Source: a bacterium (GTDB lineage Bacteria > UBA8248). Taken from it: 64,000 nucleotides of DNA. A model generated the notes under the pieces. That model searched no databases, had not been told where the DNA came from, and was given only the letters and a program-made list of their open reading frames with translations. Position numbers and translations under genes: made by a program. This document shows positions 1-10,609 of the stretch, one piece after another (within the stretch, counting starts at the first letter, position 1; each line of letters begins with the position of its first letter). The stretch spans positions 2,336,001-2,400,000 of the forward strand of contig OZ241875.1 of assembly GCA_965203325.1 (NCBI GenBank), given 5' to 3'.

Positions 1-663
1 ATGAGGGAAATCGCCGCCCTGAGCAAGAATCTCTCCCTGGTGGTGGGCTTCGTCGAGGAGTCGCGCAGGCACGGGTTCTTCAATTCGGCCGCCTATTTCG
101 AAAACGGCGAACTTCTCCACGTGCACCGCAAGGTCTATCTGCCGACGTACGGATTGTTCGATGAGAACCGTTACGTGGGCCGGGGAGACAAGGTGCGCGC
201 CTTCGATACCCGCTTCGGGCGCGCGGCCATCCTCATCTGCGAGGACGCCTGGCACCCGAGCCTGGCGGGGGTCGCCTCGCTCGACGGCGCGGATCTGCTC
301 ATCGTTCCCTCGGCGAGTCCCGCACGCGGCGTCAGCAAGGCGAACGGCGAGGGCGGCCTCGCGATACAGCGCGTCTGGCGGTCCCTCACGAGAACCTACG
401 CCGCGGCCTACAACCAGCATGTCGTCTTCAGCAACCGGGTGGGCTATGAGGACGGCATCAACTTCTGGGGGGGGTCCGAGATACTCGCGCCCAGCGGGGA
501 GCCGCTCGCCCAGGCCGAGCGTGCCAGGGAACAATTGCTCGTCACGGAAGTGGACACGGCGAACGTGCGCCGCGCGCGCATCGCATCCCCCACGCTCCGG
601 GATGAGGACCTGCACCTCACGCTGCGCGAACTCCGCCGCATCCAGCGCTCACGGGAGGCGTGA
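1..663 (+). CDS. Carbon-nitrogen hydrolase (nitrilase family), probable stand-alone glutaminase subunit of NAD synthetase; 5' end probably outside window
   Basis: HRKVYLPTYGLFDE and ICEDAWH motifs (catalytic K and C of the E-K-C triad); lies near NAD synthetase gene. Confidence 0.85.
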   Translation: MREIAALSKNLSLVVGFVEESRRHGFFNSAAYFENGELLHVHRKVYLPTYGLFDENRYVGRGDKVRAFDTRFGRAAILICEDAWHPSLAGVASLDGADLLIVPSASPARGVSKANGEGGLAIQRVWRSLTRTYAAAYNQHVVFSNRVGYEDGINFWGGSEILAPSGEPLAQAERAREQLLVTEVDTANVRRARIASPTLRDEDLHLTLRELRRIQRSREA

Positions 664-735
664 GTTTTTCTTGGAGCGATGACTTGCCTGACAGGCTTGC
701 CCCCGATTTTTGTGTTTGATCGTCTTTACGGTTTT

Positions 736-1093
736 GTAGGGGCGGACCCATGTGTCCGCCCAATCAGAATCGGGAGGACACGCGGGTCCTCCCCTACGGG
801 TGCTCTCGTCCCCTGCCCGGAGCAAAGGCGCTTCCCATCCGGCTGGACTCCACAAACCCTTTCTGCTCGGGGTTGACCACCGCCGTCATTCCGGCGAAAG
901 CCGGAATCCATTTTTACGCCTTTTGCCTTTCTTCAGGGTTCCCGCGCATCGGCGTGGAATGAAACGCCGCCGCGCCTTCACCCGCATCCGCAAATGGATT
1001 CCGGCTTTCGCCGGAATGACGAACAAAACCACACCAAAAGAGAGGTTTGCGCCTACGGTTCAAGGGTAGGGGCGGTTAGCGAACCGCCCCTAC
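736..1093. repeat. REP cluster: GTAG-type palindromes (736-797, 1066-1093) and an inverted pair of CGTCATTCCGGCGAAAGCCGGAATCCA (884-910, 995-1021)
   Basis: Palindromes read directly; same units recur elsewhere in window. Confidence 0.85.
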
Positions 1094-1104
1094 GGATTGA
1101 CCCC

Positions 1105-1884
1105 CTACACATCCCGCCATTCGGTCCTGGAGGGCAGCGCGCCGCCCCGGAAGTTGAACAGCACGGCGGGAGCGTCGCTCGCGTTGTGCACCGTGTGCCA
1201 CGCCCCGCCCGGCGTGTGGACGAGATCGCCCCCCGCCGCCTCGATGGTCTCGTCTTCGATGATGAAGTTCATGCGTCCTTCCAGCACGAGCGTCGCCTCA
1301 TCCATCGTCTCCTGATGCCGGTGGACGTGCGGCCTGCCGCCCGGAGGGAACGAGACGATCTGGCATTCGAGGTATTCGGTGGCGATGGCGCGCGCGAGGC
1401 CCTTTTCCTTCACTGAGCCTGCATCGAACGGCCCCGTGAGCCCGGCGACGTCGCCCTTGATGTAGGGAACGGGAGGCGCCAGGGGGTTTTCCACCGACTT
1501 GGGGTCGGGATTGGGGGGCGGGTCGCCTTCGGGCAGCAGAAAGCCGGAAGGCATCCGGCCGCCTCTGAAATTGAACTCTATCAACTCATCGCCGCTTATG
1601 TTCTTCATGTTGTGCATCGAACCGCGCGGGTTCAGGAGAACGTCGCCCTTCGCGACTTCGAAGGTCTGCCCGTTGTTGAGGATGAGCCCGCGACCGTTAT
1701 AGATGAGGTAGCCCTCGTCCATCTCCTTGTGGTGCGCGTGATAGGGGGGATAAGCGCCCGGCGGAAGGACGATGACCCGCACCTCCAGATTCGGCGTGTC
1801 GATGAGGATGGGCGAGCCTTTGCGCATCGCCTCCTCCTGGTCGTAGACCCATTTCAAGTCTTGGATGTTTCCCACGTAAGGCAT
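1105..1884 (-). CDS. Bicupin (two cupin_2 domains)
   Basis: Two copies of HxH...E...G-D...P-x-G-x-x-H (HAHHKEMDE/PRGSMH and HRHQETMDE/PGGAWH). Confidence 0.85.
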   Translation of the reverse strand: MPYVGNIQDLKWVYDQEEAMRKGSPILIDTPNLEVRVIVLPPGAYPPYHAHHKEMDEGYLIYNGRGLILNNGQTFEVAKGDVLLNPRGSMHNMKNISGDELIEFNFRGGRMPSGFLLPEGDPPPNPDPKSVENPLAPPVPYIKGDVAGLTGPFDAGSVKEKGLARAIATEYLECQIVSFPPGGRPHVHRHQETMDEATLVLEGRMNFIIEDETIEAAGGDLVHTPGGAWHTVHNASDAPAVLFNFRGGALPSRTEWRDV

Positions 1885-2061
1885 AAGGACTCCAGATAAT
1901 CAGTGGATGGGGGAAAGGTAGCCTCTGGCATCCGGCGCGGTCAATGGCGCAAGGCCGTTGCGGAGCGCGTGCGCGGGAGGCATGATAGGGGCGGAGCTTC
2001 ACTGGAGGATTTCTCGCAGCGGAGAATCGGTTTGCTGGACGAAGGAATCATAGAAGACGCG

Positions 2062-2883
2062 ATGACGGAACTCGAACTCGACGGCGAACTTGCCGCCGGC
2101 CTGCTGGCGGGCTTCATTCGCGATGAGGTCTCGAAAGTGGGCGTGGAAAAGCTCGTCCTGGGCCTTTCGGGCGGGATCGACAGCGCGCTCTCCGCCTTTC
2201 TGGCCGCACGCGCCATGGGGCCCGAGAACGTGACGGGCGTCATCATGCCCTACCGACTCTCGAACCCCCAGAGCGAGGCCGATGCGCGCGCGGTGGCCGA
2301 GAAGAGCAACATCCGTATCGAAGTGGTGGACATCTCTCCCCAGGTGGACGCCTATTACGAGCGCTTTCCCGATGCGGACAACCTGCGCCGGGGCAACAAG
2401 ATGGCGCGCGAGCGGATGACGATTCTCTATGATCATTCGGCCTTCCTCGGCGCGCTGGTGGTGGGCACGAGCAACAAGACCGAACTCCTGCTCGGCTACG
2501 GGACGCTCTTCGGCGACATGGCGAGCGCGGTGAACCCCATCGGCGATCTGTTCAAGACGCAGGTGCGCCAGCTCTCGCGCCACGTCGGCGTGCCCGCGCA
2601 GGTGGTGGAGAAGGCCCCGAGTGCTGATTTGTGGGTGGGCCAGACCGACGAGCAGGAACTCGGCTACACCTACGAGGTGGCCGACGCCGTCCTGTACCGG
2701 ATGATCGACTGCCGCTACACGCGCGAGGAACTGCTCGGCGAGGGCTTCCCGCCCGAGCTCGTGGACGGCATCCAGCGGCTCGTGCAGCGCAGCCAGTACA
2801 AGCGGCGCCTGCCGCTCATCGCCAAGCTCAGCCAGCGCACCATCGACCGCGATTTCCGCTACGCCCGCGACTGGGGGTTGTAA
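2062..2883 (+). CDS. nadE: NAD+ synthetase (synthetase domain only)
   Basis: [11 protein letters not shown]-pyrophosphatase loop, [30 protein letters not shown]; start placed at ATG 2062. Confidence 0.93.
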   Translation: MTELELDGELAAGLLAGFIRDEVSKVGVEKLVLGLSGGIDSALSAFLAARAMGPENVTGVIMPYRLSNPQSEADARAVAEKSNIRIEVVDISPQVDAYYERFPDADNLRRGNKMARERMTILYDHSAFLGALVVGTSNKTELLLGYGTLFGDMASAVNPIGDLFKTQVRQLSRHVGVPAQVVEKAPSADLWVGQTDEQELGYTYEVADAVLYRMIDCRYTREELLGEGFPPELVDGIQRLVQRSQYKRRLPLIAKLSQRTIDRDFRYARDWGL

Positions 2884-3022
2884 CGCCGACGGCGCTTGAA
2901 GTCTCCTCCGATCTGTGGCAGTATAATCATCCGAACGTCGATTACTCCTGCAATATCTCAAACATGCGGCTCAAGACGCGTGGTTTTTTTGAACTCTGGA
3001 ACTGCAACGACAGGGGGGCGAA

Positions 3023-3481
3023 ATGGCAGCGTTAAGAGAAGGAGCGAAAGCCCCCGCCTTCGCCTTGAGGGATGAGAACGGCAAGGTGCACCGGCTCTCG
3101 AAATACAAGGGCCAGAAGGTTGTGCTCTACTTCTACCCCAAGGACAACACGCCCGGATGCACGGCGGAGGCGCGGGACTTCAACAAGGAACTGGGGAAGA
3201 TTCACAAGAAGAACGCGACCGTAATCGGCGTCAGCCCGGACAACGAGGTCAGCCACAAGAAGTTCTCCGAGCAACTGGAGCTCGACTTCACCCTGCTGGC
3301 GGACCCCGATGGCCTCATCTCGTCCAAGTACGGGGCTTACGGCGAGAAGACGCTGTTCGGCGAGAAGTTCAACGGCATCTACCGCACCACCTACATCATC
3401 GACGAGACGGGCGTCATCGAGAAGGTGTTCAAGGATGTGAAGGTGGCCGGCCACACGAAAGCCGTGCTGAAGGCGCTTTAG
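3023..3481 (+). CDS. bcp: Thioredoxin-dependent peroxiredoxin BCP/PrxQ (single Cys)
   Basis: VVLYFYPKDNTPGCTAEA motif; no resolving Cys. Confidence 0.92.
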   Translation: MAALREGAKAPAFALRDENGKVHRLSKYKGQKVVLYFYPKDNTPGCTAEARDFNKELGKIHKKNATVIGVSPDNEVSHKKFSEQLELDFTLLADPDGLISSKYGAYGEKTLFGEKFNGIYRTTYIIDETGVIEKVFKDVKVAGHTKAVLKAL

Positions 3482-3498
3482 GAAACCCTGCATCCTCT

Positions 3499-3529
3499 CG
3501 CCCCGCTCCTCCCGAGCGGGGCGTTTTTT
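3499..3529 (+). terminator. Rho-independent terminator after bcp
   Basis: CGCCCCGCTC-ctccc-GAGCGGGGCG followed by T6. Confidence 0.85.
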
Positions 3530-3555
3530 CGTGGAACGGCCCTTGCCGGAGAATC

Positions 3556-3633
3556 GGGCACTTCACGAAGCGCCCCTACGACACCCTTCCGGAGAGGTCG
3601 CAGCACCGTCATTCCGGCGAAAGCCGGAATCCA
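3556..3633. repeat. GTAG-type REP plus CGTCATTCCGGCGAAAGCCGGAATCCA palindrome
   Basis: Second unit identical to 884-910. Confidence 0.8.
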
Positions 3634-4252
3634 TGCCGGGGGCGGCCGCTTCCGCCGCTACCAACCGTGCAGCCCAGAACGAGAGATGCCGATAGAACCA
3701 GAATGAAATGACGCACCATACCGAGATCCCGCCGTGTAAAATCAAAAAATGGTAAACCGACAATGAAATCGACAGCCGGAAAAGCTTGGACGAACCGCTC
3801 CGGCCTCCCCACCGGGTCTGTGCCGCAACTGCTATCATTGGTACGGAACATATGTTATTCATGGATATGTCGAGTTTCAACTCCATGCGCCGTGAGGCGC
3901 CGTGCCCGATCGATGAACAGGTCGGCGATGTCGGCCGCGCGCCGCATTTCCCCGCATTTGCGCGTATCGCGCGAGCCGGGCGTTTCGCTGCCCTGGCGCC
4001 CGAGGCTCTCCACCGGGCCGGGCATCCGGCTTGCGGGCGGAGGCGTTTCCGGGAAAGCGTCGAGACGGGAGCGGACGATGAGGCGCAGCGGCGTCGAACG
4101 AGGCTTTCCGGATGGGCTCCGCGCGCGAACGCGCTTTCGGAATTTCCGAAAAATTCGATAAAATCAGATAAATTCACGATGTTTTTCGATAAATAAGTGA
4201 AAATTTATGAATATCTAAGCAATTGAATTATATGTGGATAAGGGGTTTTTAG

Positions 4253-5917
4253 TTGAAAAAAGAGGCGAAAACAGACCTCGACGTTCTCATCGTCGGCGCG
4301 GGGGTCGCCGGGCTTTTCATGCTTTACCGGCTGCGCTCGCGCGGCTTTACGGCGCGCGTATACGAGGCGGGTGGCGACGTGGGCGGCACCTGGTACTGGA
4401 ACCGCTACCCGGGCGCGCGGTGCGACACGGAGAGCGTCCAGTATTCCTATCAGTTCTCCGAAGAACTCCAACAAGATTGGGAGTGGACGGAGCGCTACGC
4501 CGGCCAGCCCGAGATTCTGCGCTATGTCGAGCACGTGGCCGATCGCTTCGATTTGAGAAGGGACATCGTGTTCAACACGCGAATCGTCTCCGCCGTCTTC
4601 GATGAAGAGGCGAGTCACTGGGTCGTCGAGACAGACGGCGGCGAGCGAATCACGGCGAAGTTTTGCGTGATGGCCACGGGGTGTCTCTCCTCGCCCAATA
4701 TTCCCGCTTTCGAGGGCTTGGACGATTTTAACGGCCCCGTTTACCACACCGGTCTCTGGCCGCACGAGAAGGTGGATTTCTCGGGAAAGAGAGTGGGCGT
4801 TATCGGAACGGGTTCATCGGCGATGCAGTCCATCCCCATCATCGCGCGCGAGGCGGACGATGTTTTCGTTTTCCAGAGAACGGCGCACTACGCCGTGCCC
4901 GCGCACAACGGCCCCATCAGCGAGGAGCGGGTGCGCGAGGTGAAGGCGAATTACCCGGAGATCCGGGCGAGGGCCAAGAAGTCGGCCACGGGTTTCGATC
5001 AGACCTTTGGCGAGAAGGAGGCTTTGAAGGTCGGCGAAGAAGAACGCGAGCGCGAATTCGAGAAACGCTGGGCGCACGGGGGTCTGCCATTCCTCTCCGC
5101 CTTCACGGATTTGCGCTACAGCGAAGAGGCGAACCAGACGGCGGGCGAATTCGTGCGCAACAAGATTCGGGAAATCGTGAAGGATCCCGAAACAGCGGAG
5201 TTGCTTTGCCCCACAACCGTCATCGGCTGTAAGCGTCTTTGTGTGATAACGGAATATTTCGAAACCTTTAACCGCCCGAACGTACACCTGATCGACGTGA
5301 GTGAATCGCCCATCGAGAGGATAACGCCGGAAGGAGTGGTGACGGGGGGCCGAATGTATGACATCGACACCCTCATTCTGGCCACGGGGTTCGACGCCAT
5401 GACGGGGACCCTGCTCAGAATCGACATCCGTGGGCGCGGCGGACGCACCTTGCAGGATAAGTGGAAAGAAGGCCCCCGCACCTATCTCGGCCTCATGACG
5501 GCGGGTTTCCCGAACATGTTCACCATCACCGGTCCCGGAAGCCCCTCGGTGCTCACGAACATGCAGACTTCCATCGACCATCACGTCGAGTGGATAGGCG
5601 CGTGCCTCGTGTATTTGCGCGAAAACGAGAAGAAATCCATCGAAGCCACGGTGGAGGCGGAGGACGCCTGGGTGGCGCACAACAACGAGGAGACCGCCAA
5701 GACGATCCGCTACAAGTGCACCTCCTGGTATCTGGGCGCGAACATACCGGGCAAGCCGCGCGTGTTCATGCCCTACATCGCCGGGTTCGACGTCTATTCA
5801 AAAAAATGCGCAGAGATCGTGGCGGCGGGATACGAGGGGTTTCATCTGGTGCCTGAGCAGGAAGCCGTTCCTTACGGTTCGGGGCTGGCCGCACCCGAAG
5901 TGAGGGAGTCCGAATGA
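4253..5917 (+). CDS. Type I Baeyer-Villiger monooxygenase (cyclohexanone/phenylacetone monooxygenase family)
   Basis: GAGVAG, GGTWYWNRYPG, BVMO fingerprint FNGPVYHTGLWP, GTGSSA, ATGFDA; TTG start. Confidence 0.93.
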   Translation: MKKEAKTDLDVLIVGAGVAGLFMLYRLRSRGFTARVYEAGGDVGGTWYWNRYPGARCDTESVQYSYQFSEELQQDWEWTERYAGQPEILRYVEHVADRFDLRRDIVFNTRIVSAVFDEEASHWVVETDGGERITAKFCVMATGCLSSPNIPAFEGLDDFNGPVYHTGLWPHEKVDFSGKRVGVIGTGSSAMQSIPIIAREADDVFVFQRTAHYAVPAHNGPISEERVREVKANYPEIRARAKKSATGFDQTFGEKEALKVGEEEREREFEKRWAHGGLPFLSAFTDLRYSEEANQTAGEFVRNKIREIVKDPETAELLCPTTVIGCKRLCVITEYFETFNRPNVHLIDVSESPIERITPEGVVTGGRMYDIDTLILATGFDAMTGTLLRIDIRGRGGRTLQDKWKEGPRTYLGLMTAGFPNMFTITGPGSPSVLTNMQTSIDHHVEWIGACLVYLRENEKKSIEATVEAEDAWVAHNNEETAKTIRYKCTSWYLGANIPGKPRVFMPYIAGFDVYSKKCAEIVAAGYEGFHLVPEQEAVPYGSGLAAPEVRESE

Positions 5918-6816
5918 AGCTCAAAGGCATCATGGGAGCGCCTACGACGGCGTTCAAACCAGACGGCGGCGTCGATTATGACACCTTCGGAAGCCAGGTC
6001 GATTTCCTGATCAAGCAGGGCTTTCCCTTCATCGCCCATCCCATGCACATCGGCGAGTCCATCAATCTGAGTGAATACGAACGCAAGGAGTTGGCGCGTA
6101 TTCTGGTGGACACGGCCGCCGGCCGCGTTCCCGTATTCGTGAACGTGACCGCTTCGGGACCGGATAATTCCATCGACTTGGCGAGGCATTCCGAAGCTGT
6201 AGGCGCAACGGGAATCGTCGTGCTCTCGCCCTATCATTGGAGACCCGGGAACGAAGCCCATCTGGATTATTTCCACACCATGGGAAGGTGCGTGGAGGTC
6301 GCGATGATCGCCTACAACAACCCGAGTCTCCAGGTGACCATCTCCCACGACATGCTAGAAGAGATGCTCGAAAAACTCCCGAACTTACACGCCTTGAAAG
6401 ACGCCAGTTTCGACATGAACTATTTCACGGGCGCGTGCCGCATCGCCGCGGCCGCTCGATCAGATTTTTCCGTGTTTACCGGGATCGAATGGCTCCTTAC
6501 GTCGATTCCCGTCGGCGGCTCGGGGTCGTTCTCCAATTGCGGGGAAGTCGCTCCGAGGATGGTCCTCTCCCTGTTCGATGCCTGTATTTCCGGTGACTAC
6601 GAAAAGGCGCGCGCCCTGCAATACAAGATGGACATACTCTTGCACTTGCTGCAGACGAACTACCCGGCGACGGTGAAATACGCGCTGGAGCTCATGGGCC
6701 GGCCCGTCGGCGAGACGCGAAAACCCATCCTGCCCCTGGACGATGACGCCAAGATCCACACAAAAAAGACGCTCGAATCGCTCGGCGTTTTCGAGAACGA
6801 GCCGTCAGGCTGGTAG
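5914..6816 (+). CDS. DapA/N-acetylneuraminate lyase-family aldolase
   Basis: xxxGE loop (MHIGES), YNNP, Schiff-base Lys in LKDAS; overlaps the BVMO stop (ATGA). Confidence 0.85.
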   Translation: MKLKGIMGAPTTAFKPDGGVDYDTFGSQVDFLIKQGFPFIAHPMHIGESINLSEYERKELARILVDTAAGRVPVFVNVTASGPDNSIDLARHSEAVGATGIVVLSPYHWRPGNEAHLDYFHTMGRCVEVAMIAYNNPSLQVTISHDMLEEMLEKLPNLHALKDASFDMNYFTGACRIAAAARSDFSVFTGIEWLLTSIPVGGSGSFSNCGEVAPRMVLSLFDACISGDYEKARALQYKMDILLHLLQTNYPATVKYALELMGRPVGETRKPILPLDDDAKIHTKKTLESLGVFENEPSGW

Positions 6817-6929
6817 GCTGGGGCGTTCGCGTTTCCGGCGTCATCTAGTCTTTATCCTGCATCGCCGGTGGGCGTTTTTTCGTGATGCGCCGCTGATTAT
6901 ATCCCTTGCCATTTCCAAGGAGCCATGTT

Positions 6930-8717
6930 TTGACCCGCATGAATGGTGGCCAGATCATCGTCGATTATCTCATTCAGGAAGAAGTTCCCTACGTCTTCGG
7001 CCTGTGCGGTCACGGGAACATCAGTTTTCTGGACGCGCTCCATGAGCGCGCCGACGAGATCAAGACGCTCTCGGTGCGCCACGAGTCGCTCTCGGGCTTC
7101 ATGGCCGACGTATATTACAGGGTGGCGGGCAAGCCGGTGGCGACGTTCACCTCCTGCGGGCCGGGCTCGGCGAACATGCCGATTTCTCTCGCCAACGCCT
7201 TTTTCGACTCCGTCCCCTTTCTGGCCGTGACGGGCAACATCCCCACCAACCAGTTCAACCGGGGGGCGTTCCAGGAGACCTACCGCCACTACCAGGCGGA
7301 TTTTCCCTCGACCGTGCAGGCTTACTGCAAGCGGGTGTACCAGCCCACGCGGGCGGAGATGGTGCCGCAGTTCACCCGCCAGGCATGGAAGACGATGATG
7401 ACGGGCAGGCGCGGCCCCGTCGTGCTCGACGTGCCTTTCGACATCTTCAAGGAAGAGGCCGAGGTGGAGATGCCCCAGGCATCGGAGTGGAACGCGAACA
7501 TCTCCTGCCGCTGCGGGGCGGACCCCGAGGGTGTGAAAAGGGCTGTCGAAATGCTTTCCTCCGCCGAGCGGCCCGTGATTCTCGTGGGCCAGGGCGTGAA
7601 ATACGCGGGCGCAGCCGCGAAGATGGTGGCGCTCGCCGAGAAGCTGAAAATCCCGGTCGCGTGCTCATCAAGCGGGATGGGCGCCATCGACGCGAAACAT
7701 CCCCTTGCGCTGGGTCTCATCGCCAGAAACGGGACCTATCCGGCGAACCACGCCGCGCGCCAGGCGGACGTTCTGCTTGCGCTCGGCGTGCGCTTCGACG
7801 ATCGCACCTCGAGCAGCTGGCTGCCCGGCTATTCGTTCAACATCCCGCCGACCAGGCTGATTCACGTGGATATCGATCCCGAGGAGATCGCGCGGAACTA
7901 CCCGGTGGCCTTGGGATTGATGGCGGACGTGGACGTCTTTCTCGATCAGGTGAATGAGGCGCTCGGCGCGGAGGAGGACGCGGAAATTCCCGAAGCCCGG
8001 GAGGCTTGGCTCCGACGGATCGACGGCTGGCGGAACGAATGGGAGGAGTTCACGGCGCCCGGCTACCGCGAGGACACCGAGCCTATCCACCCCCAGCGGG
8101 CGGCTTATGAGATCGACAAGGCCTTACCCGATGACGCCGTTCTCATCAGCGACGTCGGCGTCCACCACAACTGGCTGATTCAGTGCTGCCGCCCCAAGGG
8201 GCCGCAATCGCTCATCGGCTCGATGGGTTTCGGCGCCATGGGCTTCGGCGTGGCGGGCGTACTCGGGGCCAAGCTGGCCGCACCGGAAAAACCCTGCGTT
8301 TCGGTATGCGGGGACGGCGCTTTCGCCATGCACCTGAGCGCCATCATGACAGCGGTGGAATACGACATCCCCGCCGTCTGGGTCGTCTGGAACAACTACG
8401 CATTCGCCTCCATACGTGGACTACAGCGCGGCTATCTGGGTGGCCGCGAACTCGCCACCGACTTTCAGGAACACGCCTCCGCTACGCCGTATAATCCCGA
8501 TTTCGCCGCCATGGCGGAATCGGCGGGCATCGCGGGCGTGCGGGTGGACAGGGCGGCCGATTTGAGCGAGGCCGTGGATGCGGCGGTAAAGGCCGGGCGC
8601 CCCTACGTGATCGACGCGAACATCCAGGGAGAGGAGAACCCCGGCGGCGCAGGCGCCTGGGAGTTGCCCGGCCTGGGGTATGGGGAGCCCGCCATCGGCG
8701 AGCGGACCATTTTATAG
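6930..8717 (+). CDS. Thiamine diphosphate-dependent enzyme (acetolactate synthase large subunit-like)
   Basis: VRHE, GPGSAN, RFDDR, GDG...NN motif; TTG start after AAGGAG (alternative ATG 6939). Confidence 0.9.
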   Translation: MTRMNGGQIIVDYLIQEEVPYVFGLCGHGNISFLDALHERADEIKTLSVRHESLSGFMADVYYRVAGKPVATFTSCGPGSANMPISLANAFFDSVPFLAVTGNIPTNQFNRGAFQETYRHYQADFPSTVQAYCKRVYQPTRAEMVPQFTRQAWKTMMTGRRGPVVLDVPFDIFKEEAEVEMPQASEWNANISCRCGADPEGVKRAVEMLSSAERPVILVGQGVKYAGAAAKMVALAEKLKIPVACSSSGMGAIDAKHPLALGLIARNGTYPANHAARQADVLLALGVRFDDRTSSSWLPGYSFNIPPTRLIHVDIDPEEIARNYPVALGLMADVDVFLDQVNEALGAEEDAEIPEAREAWLRRIDGWRNEWEEFTAPGYREDTEPIHPQRAAYEIDKALPDDAVLISDVGVHHNWLIQCCRPKGPQSLIGSMGFGAMGFGVAGVLGAKLAAPEKPCVSVCGDGAFAMHLSAIMTAVEYDIPAVWVVWNNYAFASIRGLQRGYLGGRELATDFQEHASATPYNPDFAAMAESAGIAGVRVDRAADLSEAVDAAVKAGRPYVIDANIQGEENPGGAGAWELPGLGYGEPAIGERTIL

Positions 8718-8774
8718 ACGAAGACAGGGCGAGGCGCGTTTATCGAGAGCGTTGATCGCCGGAGGAGACGAAAG

Positions 8775-9395
8775 ATGAGCGATGAAGCGAGGCTGCGCGC
8801 GGCGGCGGACAAGCTGGAGATGATGGAGGTCGCCATGTTTTCCCACGTCTGCCGGGATACGGGCGACTGGGACGGCCTGCTGGATTGCTTCCACCCGGAT
8901 GCGGACATCACCACCTCCTGGTTCATGGGCAACGCGCACGCGTTCATCACCGAATCGCGCGACATGATGGGTGGCCATCACCCAGACGACACCCAGAAAC
9001 ACATCGCGGGCAACGTGCGCGTCCGCGTGGATGGGGAGCGCGGCGTTTGCGAGTATTACCTCACCCTCCACCAGAGGCGGACGATGGACGGCTACGATTT
9101 CGACTTCTCGACCTGGAGCAGCGTGGTGGATCTGTTCGAGCGCAGGGAGGGACGCTGGCGCGTCATCAAGCGCACGATGATTTACGAGAAAGACAGGATG
9201 GACCCCCACAAGCCCGGCGAGGTGCCCGTGTCTTATTTCCAGGAGATGGACCTGACGCCTTATCCCAAGGCGCTGCGCTATCACTGCTGGCGCAACGAGA
9301 AATTCAGCGGCAGCCCTCCGTCAGCGAACCTGGTGATGGAAGGAACCGAAAAGTCGCGGGCGATCCGGGAAGAAGCGCGCCGGTGGGTACCTTGA
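8775..9395 (+). CDS. NTF2/SnoaL-like domain protein
   Basis: RDTGDWDGLLDCFHPDA, H-x-x-G-N, DLFERREGRWRV; GGAGGAG RBS. Confidence 0.8.
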   Translation: MSDEARLRAAADKLEMMEVAMFSHVCRDTGDWDGLLDCFHPDADITTSWFMGNAHAFITESRDMMGGHHPDDTQKHIAGNVRVRVDGERGVCEYYLTLHQRRTMDGYDFDFSTWSSVVDLFERREGRWRVIKRTMIYEKDRMDPHKPGEVPVSYFQEMDLTPYPKALRYHCWRNEKFSGSPPSANLVMEGTEKSRAIREEARRWVP

Positions 9396-9408
9396 TGCGG
9401 CGGGAAAT

Positions 9409-10563
9409 CTACATCAACTCCAGATAAATCCGCTTCATGTCTTCCGCATCTGCGGGCACGGGGTTCGTCGCCACTGTGGTGCTGGCGGCCGCCTCGTGCG
9501 CCATGCGATCGAGATACTCCTTCTCTGCGCCGATGGCCGCGAGCGATTCGGGGATGTCGATGTCGTCCGCCAGGGCGCGGACGCGCTCGACCGCGAGTTC
9601 CGCGTCGTGCCTATCGTCCGCTCCTTCGTCCGGGTTCGCCAGAAGCGGGGCCAGCCGGGCGTAGGTCTCGCGCATGGCGGGCAGGTTGAAGCGCATCACG
9701 GGGGCGAGGAGTATCCCGTTCGTGGTGCCGTGGTGTCCGCCGAAGAAGTTGAAGACCGGGTGCGTGAGTCCGTGCACGATGCCGAGCCCGGTGTTGGTGA
9801 AAGAAGCGCCCGCGAGGCAGGCCGCGAGCGCCAGGGGATCGGCGCTGCCGGGGTCTGCGGGATCGGCGACGAAGCGCCGCGCGTTCTGGCCGATCAGGCC
9901 GATTGCCTGGAAGCAGAGCGCCTGCGTCCAGGGGTTCGCGCGCGGGGAGCCGAGCGATTCCACAGCGTGGGTCAGGGCGTCCATGAGCGCGCCCGCGGCG
10001 AAGAATTTGGGCAAGGTCGCCAGAAGCGAAGAATCCACCACCGCCACGTCGGCGTAGAGCGCATCTGAGTGGATGCTCGATTTGGTGCCGCGTTCGATGT
10101 CGGTGATGATGGAGGCGCGCGTCACCTCGCTGCCCGTGCCCGCCGTGGTCGGAGCCGTGATGAAGGGCGGGATGGATTTCTCCACCGTGTCCGCGCCGTA
10201 GTAATCGCTAATCTTCCCGCCGTTCGCGAGGAGCGCCCCCATCGCCTTGGCGGTGTCGATGGCGCTCCCCCCGCCCACGGCGATTATCCCGGAACAATCG
10301 TTCGCCTCATAAAACGCCTGCGCGCGCGTGATGCTCGGGTCCGATGGGTTGGGCTCCACGTCTTCATACAAGCAGAATTCGACACCCGCCGCATCGAGGC
10401 CCTCCGTGACGGAATCGAGCACGCCGGCGCCGGAAAGTCCCGGGTCCGCGAGCAGCATGGGGCGTGTCATGTTCAGGCGCTTCGCTTCGGCGCCGACCGA
10501 GGCGGCCTCCCCTCTGCCGAAGCGCACGCGCGGCACGGCGGACATGCGGAAAGGATCGATCAT
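9409..10563 (-). CDS. Iron-containing alcohol dehydrogenase
   Basis: GGGSAID, PTTAGTGSE, DALTHAVE, H...HG metal ligands. Confidence 0.92.
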   Translation of the reverse strand: MIDPFRMSAVPRVRFGRGEAASVGAEAKRLNMTRPMLLADPGLSGAGVLDSVTEGLDAAGVEFCLYEDVEPNPSDPSITRAQAFYEANDCSGIIAVGGGSAIDTAKAMGALLANGGKISDYYGADTVEKSIPPFITAPTTAGTGSEVTRASIITDIERGTKSSIHSDALYADVAVVDSSLLATLPKFFAAGALMDALTHAVESLGSPRANPWTQALCFQAIGLIGQNARRFVADPADPGSADPLALAACLAGASFTNTGLGIVHGLTHPVFNFFGGHHGTTNGILLAPVMRFNLPAMRETYARLAPLLANPDEGADDRHDAELAVERVRALADDIDIPESLAAIGAEKEYLDRMAHEAAASTTVATNPVPADAEDMKRIYLELM

Positions 10564-10609
10564 GGCTGTTTTCTCCCTCTGGAAATTTTATTCAGGCCGG
10601 CTCTGCGAA

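Noticed and set aside
3563..4196. ORFs between bcp and the BVMO
   Set aside because: No recognisable motifs or RBS; they overlap repeats and likely promoter DNA
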